Positions 12,791 through 27,164 of a stretch of 64,000 nucleotides of DNA are shown here, piece by piece. Source of the stretch: Octopus bimaculoides (Eukaryota); assembly GCF_001194135.2 (NCBI RefSeq), contig NC_068990.1:10659486-10723485 (forward strand), written 5' to 3'. The notes below the pieces were generated by a model. That model was not told where the DNA came from and ran no database searches. It saw nothing but the letters and a program-made list of their open reading frames with translations. How positions within the stretch are numbered: position 1 is the first letter of the stretch; each line of letters begins with the position of its first letter. Made by a program: the position numbers and the translations under genes.

Positions 12791-15700
12791 TACAGATATA
12801 TAGTGGTATGGATTAGCGGTAGTTGGTGAGTTTCAGCGTGTGTAATAGGAAAGCGGCGAAATAAAGGACATGCGGAAGGTAATACTGTGACGCGAATGTA
12901 GGCTCGAGAAAATGTGGAACTAATAAAAGTATATATAATGATATACCCTGGGTATGACAATAAAATGCATCCGTTGATGATAATCCAGTTCACGAGTTCT
13001 AGAATTATGTGGGCCATCGAGTGACCCCTAGTTACCCTAACACCCAGGTTATACTTGTCAATGTCCGATCTATGGATTAAATAGATATTTTAAGGGCAGT
13101 GCGAAAGCAATCAATCAAGGAGAAAGGAAATATTAACATTAATACCCTCTCCCTTTATATACTCAAACCGAGCACAGCGGCGTATAGCTGATGAACGGAA
13201 TATGATGTAAGTCCAGTAACATAGATTCATATTATGGAAGCAACTATCATGTTAGTGCTCAAACTATTGTTATATGGTGGCTGAGATAGCAGGTTGGTTG
13301 ATGTGATTTTGAGGCTTTTAATGTGGAGAAAGTAATGTACAAGAGTGGGGAAAGTGGTATATTACAATACGTAGAAGGAAGAAAATTAGTGTAATGGAAG
13401 AATAATAATGATACACTTAGAGGCACAAGAAGAATATGATAGATGCAAAAGTAACAGATTTAAGCAGAAGGGGGAAACTAAAGGAAAACAGAAAGAAAAA
13501 TAAAATTAAAAAAAAGAGGACAAGTGTGTTCAGAAAGAAAGGCGATCAATTGGGGAAACATTTAGAATAATTATTACAATAAATCACTGTAAAAAACAAT
13601 TGATTACATTATTGGACAACAAAATACAACCTTAGTGAAAGGTCGTACACGAGTGATCAATAGTGCAGGGAAAGGAGAAATGTCTATAGTACAGTGAAGA
13701 TCCGAGATACAGAATTTCGCAAGGTAACCGATAGGTACGTAAGTACTTGACTGATTTTATGGCGTTTATAACTGAAGTATAATAAAAGATATCCGTGATA
13801 TGGTGAATGTGATAAGAAAAATATTAGAAAATATCAGTGTCAATGAATTTAATCTCAATGAGTATTTTGTATGAGTTGTTCCAGTTACATGGTCAAGCAA
13901 AACTTTTGTAGGAATTGAAAACTCTTGGGCAGGAGTGTGAGCAAAACAGAATTAAGCTGAATAGCTGTGGTGTAGACGAGTAAAGTGGAGTAAAGACAGC
14001 TCGGACGAGAGACGGGAAAGAATTTGGGCCGGAGACGTATTTTGGGGCAGCGGTTGCAACTGACGTGGAGGCCGCGAATATTGAGGACACGCTTAAACGC
14101 AGAACTGGATACAAGAAGATATAAGCGGGAGGCCGCGTGAATGTGGTATCTGGCTCACCTACTGCCGGCTGTTAGAGTTGATGTGCAATCAAAGTCTCAA
14201 AATAACCTAACTGGTTTTACTGCAGCTAAACAAGTCTATAGCACGGTCAGAGAAATAGTTTTCTAGTATATTATCATTTACAAGTAATTACTATGTAGAC
14301 AATATTTTTAAAATAACAGTTACGATAGTGTACCACAAATATTCTCGTTTATTTTCATGTACAATTATCTACTAAAATCATTTCAACTGCAAATATTTTT
14401 GTACATTTTACACGAATATTGAATAGTAAAATACATTATCTGCAGCAGAGCATATTCGATATTGATCTTTTTGTTTGTCACTGGCGCTATTCATGCTATC
14501 TGCGCAAAGCAACAGCAAATTATTGGGTTAGGCTTTGGCTAGAAATTACATTTGTTTGAATACTAAGGCACAAAAGTATATGAAACGCATATGTGCAGGG
14601 TTGGATTGCTGAACAAGCAGATGAAGTTCCTTTCTTCGTCCTAACCGAAATCCGCCTCATACAATATTATTCGAATATAGGCCGTGTATGGAGAACTTGA
14701 ATATTTCAAAAACGTTGAACCTCATGACAGATTGAAATGTACTATTGGCAAAGGTTTTGAGTGAATCAACTTCTCAACACAAATGAGGGACATAATAGGT
14801 TTCTAACGGACACCTAAAACATTCCTAATCGACTTAGGAATTTTTACAAATGTATATGACTTTAGATTTTCAAATTAACATATATCGAAGATGTTAACCT
14901 AATAAAAAAAAAAAATTGCAAATCTTGAAATTTCAACATCCTCTTTCTGGATTGCTTTCTAGATACTTCGAAATTAAAAAGTTCCCTCTCAAACCAAATA
15001 TACATGTAATAAAGAGAAGTTTTATACTAATGTATGTATACATTATTATACTGGCTTAACTAAATGCAAAATTTTTTTGGGATCTAGTGGTAAGCAACTA
15101 CATGCACGATCATTAGCTATCGTGTCATGTTTAAAAAAAACACATTTCTCAGATTATGGCGTAACAATCCATTGTCTCACAATTTCACACCCGAAATTTC
15201 AACAGACACAGAAGTGCAGTTCATCTGTTTGGCAGTTATGGATATATGAATGAAGCAATCTTAAGCTTAATTAATCATGCCTTTTCAAATTTTGGTCGGT
15301 TTGTATATTCACTTTCTTTCACTTCAAACTTAGCAAGTAATAGATGATAATAAATTACGAAAATACGCTCATCACACATTCTGTTACAACCTGTTCACAA
15401 AATCTAATGCAGCTTCATGCGGGAAGAAAGACACTCGCTTGATAAATAAAGTGACTTTAAACAATCAATCAAATTTACTATTCGCATCACCTCCTTCTTT
15501 AGAAAGCAAAAACAAACCAATACCTGAACTAGAGAGTATGATCCCCAGAAGATTATGACTGCCACCATTGTTACGCAAAGGTTTCCTGACGGAAAACTGC
15601 GCCACTGAGAAACGTATTCAGAAGCGCAAGTTATTCTAACTCGTTTGAAAATAGTACGTACAAATGTGACCGCTGTTCTCATTGACAAAAGAACTGATGT

Positions 15701-18700
15701 AAAATCCCCAGTTCGTATAACTATGCCAAAGATATGACTGATATTCTACAAACGAAATATATTATTTTCAGTTATCACGATGCTGTTCTGTTGTTCACGT
15801 ATGTAACATTACCAAAGTAAAGGAAGAGATTATCTTCTTTACGATGAATCGCGAAGCGTACACAACGTTCTGGAACACGTTCTGACTGAACCTGTCATCT
15901 AATTCTTCAAATAGTAAAATAAGTCATTTACAGGAAATTCCTGTTCCCTAGCGCTACACATATCTATCGTTAATATGTCCGAAATGATGATGAGATGAAA
16001 ATATCTGGCTTCCTACAACGAAATCATTTCTACTACGCAGATATTGCTTCATACAGCTTTACCAATTATTTGATGATAAGTATCTGCAGTACAGATTTTA
16101 TAGGATTTGACTCAAGAAAAGTTTCCGATAGAGAAATATGTTGACGAGGGGCTATGACAGAACACGTTCGCTCAAGATGCCACGCATTAGGACTAACTTT
16201 CGAAGTATGGTGTTCGGAAGCAAAGTAATAACTCTATCATAACACCAATTGTAATGGCCGTTACAATTTTGTAGAACAAATTATTTCATGTATGTTTAAC
16301 AAATAAAATTATTAGTTATTCTTAAGCTTAATTCGCAAAGTGTTAAGCTTACAGTACAACTGTTCAGCAAAAGGAACACAGTTTGATGCAAGAAATATGC
16401 TCTAATATTAAAATGTAATTTTTTTTTCTTCTGGGAATAAATGAAACCAAATACATTAATGAAAATATTCTCTGGTGTATATAATAAAATAAATCCGGAT
16501 GTAGTGTATACATTCGGTATTCTATCTGATCATTCCACTGGATTGTGCTTGTGTTCTAATGAGATTCTTTTGCAAAACTCATAATGTTATAGAATACAAA
16601 AGAGCTAAAGATGTTTCTAATGCTGCTGCCATTTCACTCTCTCTTTTTTTAAATGCATGCATAGTTTTTCATAAATATTTCTGTGGTTTCATATTTCGAC
16701 ATGTGCGTGTATTTTAAAAGCTGAATGTCATTGTTAATGCATCAGCAGAAATGTGAGATGCGTACTTATTATCAGTGAGAATTCCTTGAGCTGGAAATGT
16801 TAATTCTTTAGTTTATAAGGATTATAAACTGAACAATAAGCAGACTGTATTGTTCACAGAGAGTTCATTTTAGATGAACAGAAATGTAAGAATTAAAGTA
16901 AAACTTAGCGAATGAGTAATCTTTTATAAACTCTGTACGTGGTTCTATTACAATATGAGACATTGCTGTTTCCCGTCTTTTAGTTTTATTATTATTCAAG
17001 TGAGAAATTTAGCCCTAACACAGACTCACACACACACACACACACATACACGCACGCACACGCACACACTAACACACACACATAAATTATTAAAGTGACT
17101 AGACCCAATTTAAAACCAAAATGCACATATACAATTGTCACTAAGTGTGACTAACAGTGCCAGTCATCACCGACATTGCAAGAAAGAGGAATCAAAACAA
17201 CTCTTATATATATTTATATATATANNNNNNNNNNNNNNNNNNNNNNNNNNNNNNNNNNNNNNNNNNNNNNNNNNNNNNNNNNNNNNNNNNNNNNNNNNNN
17301 NNNNNNNNNNNNNNNNNNNNNNATATATATATTTCGTCGGGTGCCAAGGCGTAGGAGATAAAATGAGTTTATATGCATGTTATATATACTTAAGTATTAT
17401 GCATATAAATGTATTGGTATATTTTTCTTATGATAATGCTTGTTATTTTTAATAACATGCTGTTAGGTTCAAACGTTTATGTAGCGATTGCTAATATCCG
17501 CTTGATGTTTATAGAGGGTAATTCTGCGAGATCTGGGTAGTATCAAGCTAGAAGGTTTCAAATATTTTTTATAAATTTAACTCTGTTTCAGTTGAAACAA
17601 GAAAGTTATTGAAAAGTTACACTATTGTCCACTTGTCGTGTGTATTTCTTTTGCTTTTCTGTCTGCATGTCCGTTTTGATACTCTATGTATATTACATCC
17701 GCAACTAAGTTCCGAATATACTAGTTGAACTTCAGTCTAATAGATCACTATATAATTTGTGTCAACATCTCTTTTCCCCTCTATCTTTCTTTTTATCTTC
17801 CGTAAGTAATCACTATCATCTTCATTTTTCTTTTCCTTTTCTAGCAGACACATTCTATGCGTATAATTGAGACATATTGACATATATGTCCAACGATGTA
17901 AGCATGTGGCTGACAGATATATTTAGAATTGTTTCAGTAGACAATATAGCTTTTCTTTTCCCATCGTTATATGTATTCATTTATGATTGCACTATTCTCT
18001 ATAATCACCCATATTTAACAAAAGATAATGGTTTATGCACAGACTTGGAAATCATCGATATAACAAGAAATATTACAATATATTCTACGTACATCTTTGC
18101 ATTTTATCATGGAAACCGCGAAAGAAATTGTGTTCTACTTAACTGCACTTGGTATTTGTAGACATCTCTTTATGGACCTCATGATTAGAAATGTTATTAA
18201 AATCATGTATTTTTTAAATACGTTTCCCTAATACATTTGTCAAATTATTTGTGACGAATCTACTTGTATATAAATGTGATTCCAGGAGATAGAAAAGAAC
18301 TCATAATGCGGTTCTTCAATGGCCTATCTCCAAATATTTTACTTCTCTACTACGTTGTTAGGAACCAGGAGGTAATAGAATCAACAAGGAACTTTCTATA
18401 TTGTCTCTAAACATATTAGACAACGCAGGAGGCACTCCGCTATTTTCAATACCCTATGTTAAAAATTAAGCCAACCCGTTACATGATGTAATCTCAAAAA
18501 CATGTGACGATCTAGGATTTAGCGATTCTCACGTAGATTAACTATTAATCTACAATAAAGTAACTACAATTGGTAATCATGCAAAATCCCTCATCTATTT
18601 CGTCTTATTCACTACTTATTATATATGTTTATATATCTAAGTGCACTAATATTGGATTGAGAGAATGGATTGCTGGTGAATTACAACTGTTGGCCCTTTC

Positions 18701-20357
18701 ATTCTTGGACTTGACCATTTCCACCATTAAAAACAGTGCTATTTCATTGCATTTAAACTAAAGTGTGTTTCGAATACAAAAACACAACCAAGGGCAGAAA
18801 ATTATATTTCATTTTTTACCTAAATAACAAACTGTAATATCTTTTATCATGAGCAGTACACACGGCTTACTGTATCTGATAAAAAGCCAATCATATGTGT
18901 GTCGGCAACCGTTGATTGTTGCTTATGAATATGGATTCAACATAATTTATGAAATAACAATTACTGATGACAACCACCATTTCTAACTGAAGGTTATCAA
19001 TTAACAAAACATTGATATGAAATTAACAACAACAAAATATTTTAGCCTATGAATTTTGGCACGTTTTAAATAGAAACCAGTTATGAATATTTTTCACCAT
19101 CCTGTCATTAACATATCCTTAACTGAACCTAGTGACAACAATGTATTGAATATTTTATTTTTATATTTTCATATTTTCTTGTTCATGATATTTTAATTCA
19201 AGATTTAAAAAAAAAAAACTTATGAAGAAAATTAAAAATATGATTTGTAATCCCGTTATTTGCTGTCACAGATTTACCTCAAATATAATTTTATAGCAAT
19301 AATATGGCACACGTCATTTATTCAAATTGTAAAGATAGCTTCGAAAGTAACATTGATACTCTAAATATAACCCATAACTAATCTCAATATAAATGTAAAT
19401 ATCATGGTGGAATGCGTACAAAACTACTAGCCGAAAGCGTGGTTTGTATTGTAAGCACCGTTATGTGATTTTCTTTTTAAACCATGAATCTCGTTTATCA
19501 ATTTCTGATTCCATCTAGCTGTAAAGCATTAATTACTGTATACCTGCGTGATGCAGAGATTCACTTCGTAACTATAGTTTCAGGTTAAATTTCACTGAGA
19601 GTTAAGTTTTGCAGAGCACCTTCACACTAAACTTGTACCTATCATTGTTTTGTGTCAGAAATTTCATGGACGCACACACACATCTATGAATATATATATA
19701 GATATGTATATAGATATGCCCCTGCATGACCTCAGTATAATGACCGAAAGATGTATGTGTATGTATATATAAGTATATGTGTATAACCAAAGTATGACTA
19801 AATGATTATATATAATAAATTATATGGACTCATTATATCATAAATAAATATGTCTATAGTTGTTTATGAATGAAATATCTATACATAATATGTATATGAC
19901 CAGATGCATTCCAAAATGTATATACTTTTTTGAATGTACATGCGGATGATATTAAACCATAGTTTTGACAAGTGAGATACGTAATATACATCATTTCCAC
20001 ATTATCATATTTTATGACAATCACATAAGTTGTTCCCTTTAAATACATCATTACCGAAGTTTGTACGTATTTCGTGAGGTTCATTTTTAATACAAATTAT
20101 CTAGATATTTTTAGATAAAGAAAACGACATATTATCACTATACTCTCTTTGGATTATTGAGTTCATGTAATACGTAAATAAAAACTATATAAAATATTAA
20201 TCAATCTCACATGCTAGCACTAGCTTCCTATTTACATAAAAAAACATAATAGATATGACAGATGACGGTTACCAAATTTTTAAATATGAATTTCAAATAA
20301 CATATAGCTCCTTATTTGGTATTTCTGAACGTGTATAGATATACACCCTGACCAGTA

Positions 20358-20395
20358 TTTTCTATAGTGAATTTTTTTAAATTCACTATAGAAAA
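20358..20395. repeat. Perfect 17-bp inverted repeat with TTTT loop
   Basis: TTTTCTATAGTGAATTT-tttt-AAATTCACTATAGAAAA. Confidence 0.95.
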
Positions 20396-22196
20396 AAAAT
20401 TTTAATACTAGATATATAACCATCTAAATCATTTAATAGTTTTCGTCTCATCTCAATTCAAATAATTATGAGCGGAAGAAAGAATGTACAAATACCTGAA
20501 AAAAGTTCTGTGTATATTTTAAACCTCTTTTGTTTATTTTAATTTAACTTCACTTTAAATTTCACCTAGTGAAAAGTACAAATTCAACCTTTATGATCTT
20601 CTCATTATGGAAATTGGAAATCTTGGTCCTTTTTCCGAAACAGTTATCTGGAAATATGAAATAAACACTTAATCCATTTTACCATCCAATCTGCTTCATT
20701 TAATATATTAGAGGAAATTTATTAAACTTTGTTTATACACGTACACACGCACACACACACATGTATGTATGTATGTATGTATGTATGTATAAATGATATA
20801 AGTCCTTCATTGAACAAATAAAATGTCAACCTAATTTGATAAATACATCTTGGGAACACAACTTGTGTTTAGGTCAATATATTGAAAGCAGTGGTGCTCG
20901 GAAACTACTGTAGCCAGTATCAATCTTTATGTATACTGGATTAGCTCTTCAGTCTGAAAGTGGATATATGTGGAAAAGAACATGCTGAAATGTAATAAGG
21001 ATAAAATGATGCTCAATTTTAGTTCGTAAAATGCTTCGTATCTTAAGTTGCTATTTCAAAATATGTACATATTAACGTTGGCATCAAGATATAAGAACTA
21101 CATGCTAATATTATAGCCATTAAACTAACCACAGAGGAGATTGCTTTTTCAGTGGTGAAGTGTCGTGTGGGATCAGCAACAGACATATGCATCACCTCCG
21201 AAGCATCACCACCTTAACTAAAGGCGTGAATTAGATTGACGTAATTCGTTTGCAAACAAATCCCGAATTCAGTATAACTGCCTGGTACGTTAGACAAAAT
21301 CCTTCGTCTTTAAACTCGTGGTGACGTATGCCTAGTCAGTAACAGTTGCTACACTATGCTTCACTTGTTGGTAAGACTTATGTCATATTTTTGGTAGAAT
21401 GTTCATCCAGTTTGCATTAGCATATCCACTTATAAGAGAATATGACCTGAAACAAGTGTTTCAAGTTATATTTTTACCCATTACGACGAACAAGCTAGTA
21501 TCAGAATATTCGGATATTCAGTCCAAGTATTGGACGGTGACTTGTACATTACTATATCATGAAACGTTAACCGCAATTCAGCGTTTCTTTATCATAATGC
21601 TTACACACGCAGGCACATACACACAACCACATATACACAACTACACACACACACAAAACCACACACACACATACACTCAACCGCATACACAAAACCATAC
21701 ACACACTTGTGTATACACACTTTCTTCAATCACAATAGCCAGTCATGTAAAATGAACTAGTTAACTTGAAATATTTACAAAGAGAATTTTGTAACCAACT
21801 GTAAAACTCCGTAACGGCGATTACCAGTGTTCGTTAAAATTTCGTATTGCCGCAGGAATTAAGAGAGAAAAAATAAATATATGAGAAATTTTCAAGTTAC
21901 TTCAGCAGATTTCTTTTATTTTAACCTTTACATTCTGCATATTTTTTTCGTCATTTATAAAGAAAGTTTTTGTTATTTATTTTTTTTCATTACTTGTATT
22001 TTTCAGTCTTGCTTTTATCTTTTAAAGTTGGCATTCCATTTCAAAAGATTTCTACTGATATTACTCGACAAAATTGAAAAATTCTATTCCACATTTATAT
22101 AACCTAAGTTCTTTAATGATTGCTCCTTTTCCCTCGCATTATTCTATCTGTTCTTCTCTCTCCCTTTCTCGCTTCAATCTGCATATGTCTCGCTCT

Positions 22197-22387
22197 CTTC
22201 TTCTTCTTCTTCTTCTTCTTCTTCTTCTTCTTCTTCTTCTTCTTCTTCTTCTTCTTCTTCTTCTTCTTCTTCTTCTTCTTCTTCTTCACCTTCTTCACCT
22301 TCTTCACTTTCTTCTTCTTCTGCTTCTTCTTCTTTTNNNNNNNNNNNNNNNNNNNNNNNNNNNNNNNNNNNNNNNNNNNNNNNNNNN

Positions 22388-22440
<53 letters not shown>

Positions 22441-22920
22441 TCATAATAATTTATATTAACATATCTCCATTTCTTCTCCCTCCTGTTGCTACTGTGTTTC
22501 TGCTCCAGTTTATCTCCTTTTGACACGCTTCTATTTATATTTCATGCTCTACTGTTCCCCCTTCCTTCACACATATCCATTTTATCCCGCTCTCCGTCAT
22601 CTCTGTCACACTTGTATTCCTATCTCACACACATCATTCTATAAACACTCTTTTTATGCCTCTCTCTTCTCTTCGTATTACATCTCTCTTTATCTATTTC
22701 CTATGCCTCTACCTAACTCCCCTTTTCACTCCTCAACTTCTCACTCTTTCTATCCCCCCCCCTTTACTTATTATATTCCTTATAATTCTTCTCCCTCTCT
22801 CGTTTCTTTCATTATCTTTTTATAATTCTCTGCCCATCTGTGTTTTTCCTCTCTTCGCCGTCCTACCCTCTTTATTTTCTCTTTTCTTCCGGAGGCTACC
22901 CTTTCACACACGCACACAAC

Positions 22921-22985
<65 letters not shown>
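22197..22985 (+). repeat. Polypyrimidine/microsatellite block: (TTC)n, (CT)n, C/T-rich low complexity, second (CT)n
   Basis: (TTC)n at ~22197-22336, a gap, (CT)n at ~22388-22437 and (CT)n at ~22924-22984, with pyrimidine-biased sequence between. Confidence 0.95.
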
Positions 22986-22987
<2 letters not shown>

Positions 22988-23577
22988 TCTCCCCACGCTA
23001 CGTCATCCCCTTTCTTCTATTTTTGAATATTTTATTTCACCCCTTCCACAACCCATTACTTCCACTCTCACTGGAAATGAAATAATTCAAAATCAATGAT
23101 ATTGGCTGATAGAATGAAGATTAAAAATAGTTTGCAGGAAATTCTTTTCTTTAACAGACCAAAGCAATTTTCCATTTCTCATTGTTCGCTACTTTTTTTC
23201 TTTTACGTTCTCATCGTAGTTTCCTCTTTTCTACCTTTCTATTATTTCCCCTTTTAGATTTTATTTTTGTTCTTCTTCCTCTTGCTGTTGCTGTCTGTCA
23301 TATGTGGATTTATACGATTTTGCTTGTTTTATGTTTGTATTTATTGTTCCATATTTTGATTTATTTCTCTGTATTTTTTTTTATATTATGGGTGATGATC
23401 TACCTATTGTACTATTGTATGCGGAGGTTCAATAGATCCTGTAGCTGACAGCATACCAATTGTTCTGTATATATCCGCAGCTGTTTATCTGGTTCCCAAT
23501 GAAGAAAGTTGACCTCAGGAATACTGTTGAATGTTGCTAATCTACGTATTCTAAACATGGAATATAAAACGTATACA

Positions 23578-23669
<92 letters not shown>

Positions 23670-23689
23670 CATTTATTCGTTTATTATTT

Positions 23690-23878
23690 TACTTGTTACA
23701 GTAATTTGACTGCGATCATGCTGGAGCACCACCTTAAAGAATTTTTGTAGCCGAAGAAATCGACTCTGGGACTTATTCTTCGTAAGCCTAATTCTTATTC
23801 CATCGCACTCTTCTGCCGATCCGGTACCTTACAGGGACCTAAATACACCACCATCGGTTGTTAAGCGATGGTGAATGG
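23690..23878 (-). mobile_element. 3' half of the same SINE family as 2663-3098, running into an assembly gap
   Basis: Shares ATGCTGGAGCAC, AAATCGAC..GGACTTATTCTT.GTAAGCCTAAT and CATCGGTTG..AAGCGATG with 2700-2850. Confidence 0.8.
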
Positions 23879-24228
23879 ANNNNNNNNNNNNNNNNNNNNN
23901 NNNNNNNNNNNNNNNNNNNNNNNNNNNNNNNNNNNNNNNNNNNNNNNNNNNNNNNNNNNNNNNNNNNNNNNNNNNNNNNNNNNNNNNNNNNNNNNNNNNN
24001 NNNNNNNNNNNNNNNNNNNNNNNNNNNNNNNNNNNNNNNNNNNNNNNNNNNNNNNNNNNNNNNNNNNNNNNNNNNNNNNNNNNNNNNNNNNNNNNNNNNN
24101 NNNNNNNNNNNNNNNNNNNNNNNNNNNNNNNNNNNNNNNNNNNNNNNNNNNNNNNNNNNNNNNNNNNNNNNNNNNNNNNNNNNNNNNNNNNNNNNNNNNN
24201 NNNNNNNNNNNNNNNNNNNNNNNNNNNN

Positions 24229-24261
<33 letters not shown>

Positions 24262-24409
24262 CATAAACATAAGAACAAATAGCAAAATTCACTTCAACAA
24301 AATAACTTCATTGCGATGGTTCATAAGAAATAAATCTTGTCTCAAGTCGTGGTACTCATACAGCCAGTTACTCGGTTTTTATGCGATATGAGTTACTGTA
24401 ATTATATTG

Positions 24410-24660
24410 TGGCAGTGAGTGACATACTGGTTATGCCGTCGCCCTAATAATCGTAAGATTGTGGTTTCGATTTCTGGACCGAACGATGTGTTGTTTTAGC
24501 ATAAAAATAATCACTTTATTGTCCTTCACTGAGCTGCAAAAAATGAGTACTACAACGAAGCGGTGTTCTCTCCAGGTGGGGAATATTTACTTGGAGGAAT
24601 CCGGGAACTCTGCTTTATGAGGTTCAGAGAATGTTACAGTTGGAAGGGTTAACTAGAATA
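24410..24660 (+). mobile_element. Decayed tRNA-derived SINE (CORE/V-like central domain)
   Basis: tRNA-like head with a B-box-like GGTTTCGATTTC, followed by CACTGAGCTGCAAAAAATGAGTAC. Confidence 0.55.
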
Positions 24661-24689
24661 TTCTCTGAACTTGGAACCAATCAGTTACA

Positions 24690-24835
24690 ATACTGAATGT
24701 CAGCTAAGTGGACTGAAGCAGCATAAAATTAAGTATTTTTGCCCAGGACAAAACATTCTACACATTCTATAAACCGAAACCACAACCTGGTGAGAGAATC
24801 TACTACACCTAACAACTAGAGCATGTACCTTCACA
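24690..24835 (-). mobile_element. Decayed tRNA-derived SINE, tail-to-tail with the preceding copy
   Basis: Minus strand: GTGAAGGTACATGCTCTAGTTGTTAGG...GGTTGTGGTTTCGGTTT...TTGTCCTGGGCAAAAATACTT...CTTCAGTCCACTTAGCTG. Confidence 0.6.
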
Positions 24836-25175
24836 GTGGTGCAAAGAAAATTCTTTTACCTACTTATTAGTATCTACACTTACAAAAGTAGTTTCAGGTT
24901 CAATGTACAGAGTGGCGTGTGTACAGAAAGTGTAGAAAATGTTCATATATTGACATTCTTATTCAGATTTACAGCTTCAAGTTGATGTCAGGAGGAAGAA
25001 TTCAAAATGGAAAAGAATATTCTTGGGATTGTAACTTATAGAATTGTATGACTTGGCTTAGTGATTAGTGCAGTGTTTGAATGTACAAGTAAAATAATTG
25101 CAAATCTCCAGACAGTAAAGTTTGCTGCGCACATTATATCTTAGAGAGGCTGTTCATATTGTTTTCGTTTTAGGT

Positions 25176-25521
25176 TAGAGGTTCTCAACCGCTGTCTATA
25201 TAGCTACTGAGGGTCAAGATAAGAATTTAGGGGATCCACGTATACGTATAGAAAATTTGGTATCCACAATAGTATTTTAATGGACCCAGAATGTTTTTGT
25301 TTTTGTTTTTTTCAGACGTACGTATTGCTATGTATTGCAAGAAACGAGTAGGTTTCTTCCACTAACACTGTCAACCTAGTAAATTAATGTGTGAAAAAGA
25401 CAGTAATTTTGAAAGAAGTGTCTATAAAACTGGTTTTCAAACATCGCATAGTTATTATATTCCACCAGAAAGAAATAATAATCAGAGGGATCCCTAGGAA
25501 AATAATGCTTTAGAACCCCCG
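25176..25521. mobile_element. hAT (Charlie-like) MITE
   Basis: Degenerate TIRs TAGAGGTTCTCAACC (25176-25190) and GCTTTAGAACCCCCG (25507-25521). The flanking 8-mers TTTTAGGT and TTCTAGGG match 6/8, consistent with an 8-bp TSD of NTCTAGAN type. Confidence 0.7.
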
Positions 25522-25532
25522 TTCTAGGGTGT

Positions 25533-25720
25533 TCAACTGGCAGAATTGTTAGATTTGGATAATTGTTAGTAGGATATATTTTGACTGTTAGATTATCCGT
25601 TCAAATTCCGCCGATGTTAGCTATATCTTTCATCCCGCTTCGATCGATAAAATAAACTAGCAATCAATTACTCTAGTCAATGCTTGTCCTCGCCCCCTCA
25701 AAATTTCCCTATGTTGAAAT
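25533..25720 (+). mobile_element. Decayed tRNA-derived SINE (AGCTGGCAGAAT.GTTAG family)
   Basis: AACTGGCAGAATTGTTAG...GTTCAAATTCCGCCGATG...TCGATAAAATAA matches the copies at 29800, 38424, 54270 and 56061. Confidence 0.7.
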
Positions 25721-27164
25721 ACAACATAAACCGAAACAAGTTCAGAGTTACAAGATCTCAAAATCTTGTGTCAGATGTTGCACTGCGGAGGTCAGAATTT
25801 AATATATACTGGGAATGACTAAAAGAAAGTAACAAACAAATATACCAATAAGATTATCAATAAGTATTGCAATATCAAGATATCTTAAATGTCTATTTCT
25901 CTAAAAAGAAGTTATTTCATCTATGAAATTCCCTCAGATGTCCAAGCTAGAATACCAATTAAATGAATAAGGTCAGCGATAATAGCAAACACATATAATC
26001 AATGTGAGACTAGACTGCAGAGATATATATTTATGTGTGAATATGTATGCCGGTATGTGTAAGAGGGAGAACAGGCACAGACACACACACACACATACAT
26101 ACACACAAACACACATAGAAACACACACATGCATGCAGGCACACACATATGTAAAATAAGTGGAGGTTATATATGTATATGCGTATGGGTGTCTGAGTCA
26201 ATTGCGTTTCTGTTGTCAATAGAAAAGTACATTAAAGTCAGTGAACTCACTTAGTTTAGAAATGTCAAGGAGTCAAGCAAGCATGAAATTCACTCAAGTG
26301 GCAATATTGTAGAACATGGAGGTTCTGCTTTGATGTTAATACGAATAACGACTTCTCTAGCATCAACGCAATTGAGCGATGTGCTCGCTTGTAACATACG
26401 TGTAAGCATTTCTCTAAATGATTTGACATATACACAGTTTTCATTTCAACAAGTAATATCACATATACTCCTCCACACACGCCCATATAGCGAACGAATG
26501 CGTATAAAAGTATGAACACACACACACGTATACATACACACACATATACGTATATCTATATATATATATGCATATATATATATATATATNNNNNNNNNNA
26601 TATATATATATATATATATATATACATAAATATACAGGGATTAGCATAGATAGGTAGATATATCTATCTACAGGGATAGATAGATAGGTAGATATAGATG
26701 TATGTGAGTATCCAGGGAGATATGTTTTACTGCAGATGTGTCTTAATATGCGTATAATGTTAACACTCGTCGATGTTTTCAGTTATTTTAATGTTGATGC
26801 ATTTTGCATAAAATGTTTCAGTCTTGAAGCATTTTTACAGTGATAAGCTATTCATTATATAATGTTTTTTCTGCTCTTATCTAAGTTGTGTTTGGAATCT
26901 TAATACTCAACATACAAACATATATACGTAAGTATGTATGTATACATATGCCTACGCATGCATGCATCCTCACCCCTTCTCGTATGTCCATCCGTATATC
27001 TTACGATGGATTAAATAATAAAATTTGAAATATTCATTAAAATATATATAAACTTGTGGAAATAGGCTGGATTTTCATCCTTATATCACTTTGAATTGTT
27101 ATAACGTTATAATTAAACTGAAGATACCACGTAACACTTGGTTTACCAGAGAAAATGTACGTCA

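Noticed and set aside
17845-17897. Strong acceptor and GTAAGC donor suggesting an exon
   Set aside because: All three frames contain stops; at most a non-coding exon, and untestable here.
22074-23099. Poly-L/F/K/ER/SL ORFs and similar HT/YI/CV/IYLS ORFs across the window
   Set aside because: These are translations of microsatellites with no coding evidence.
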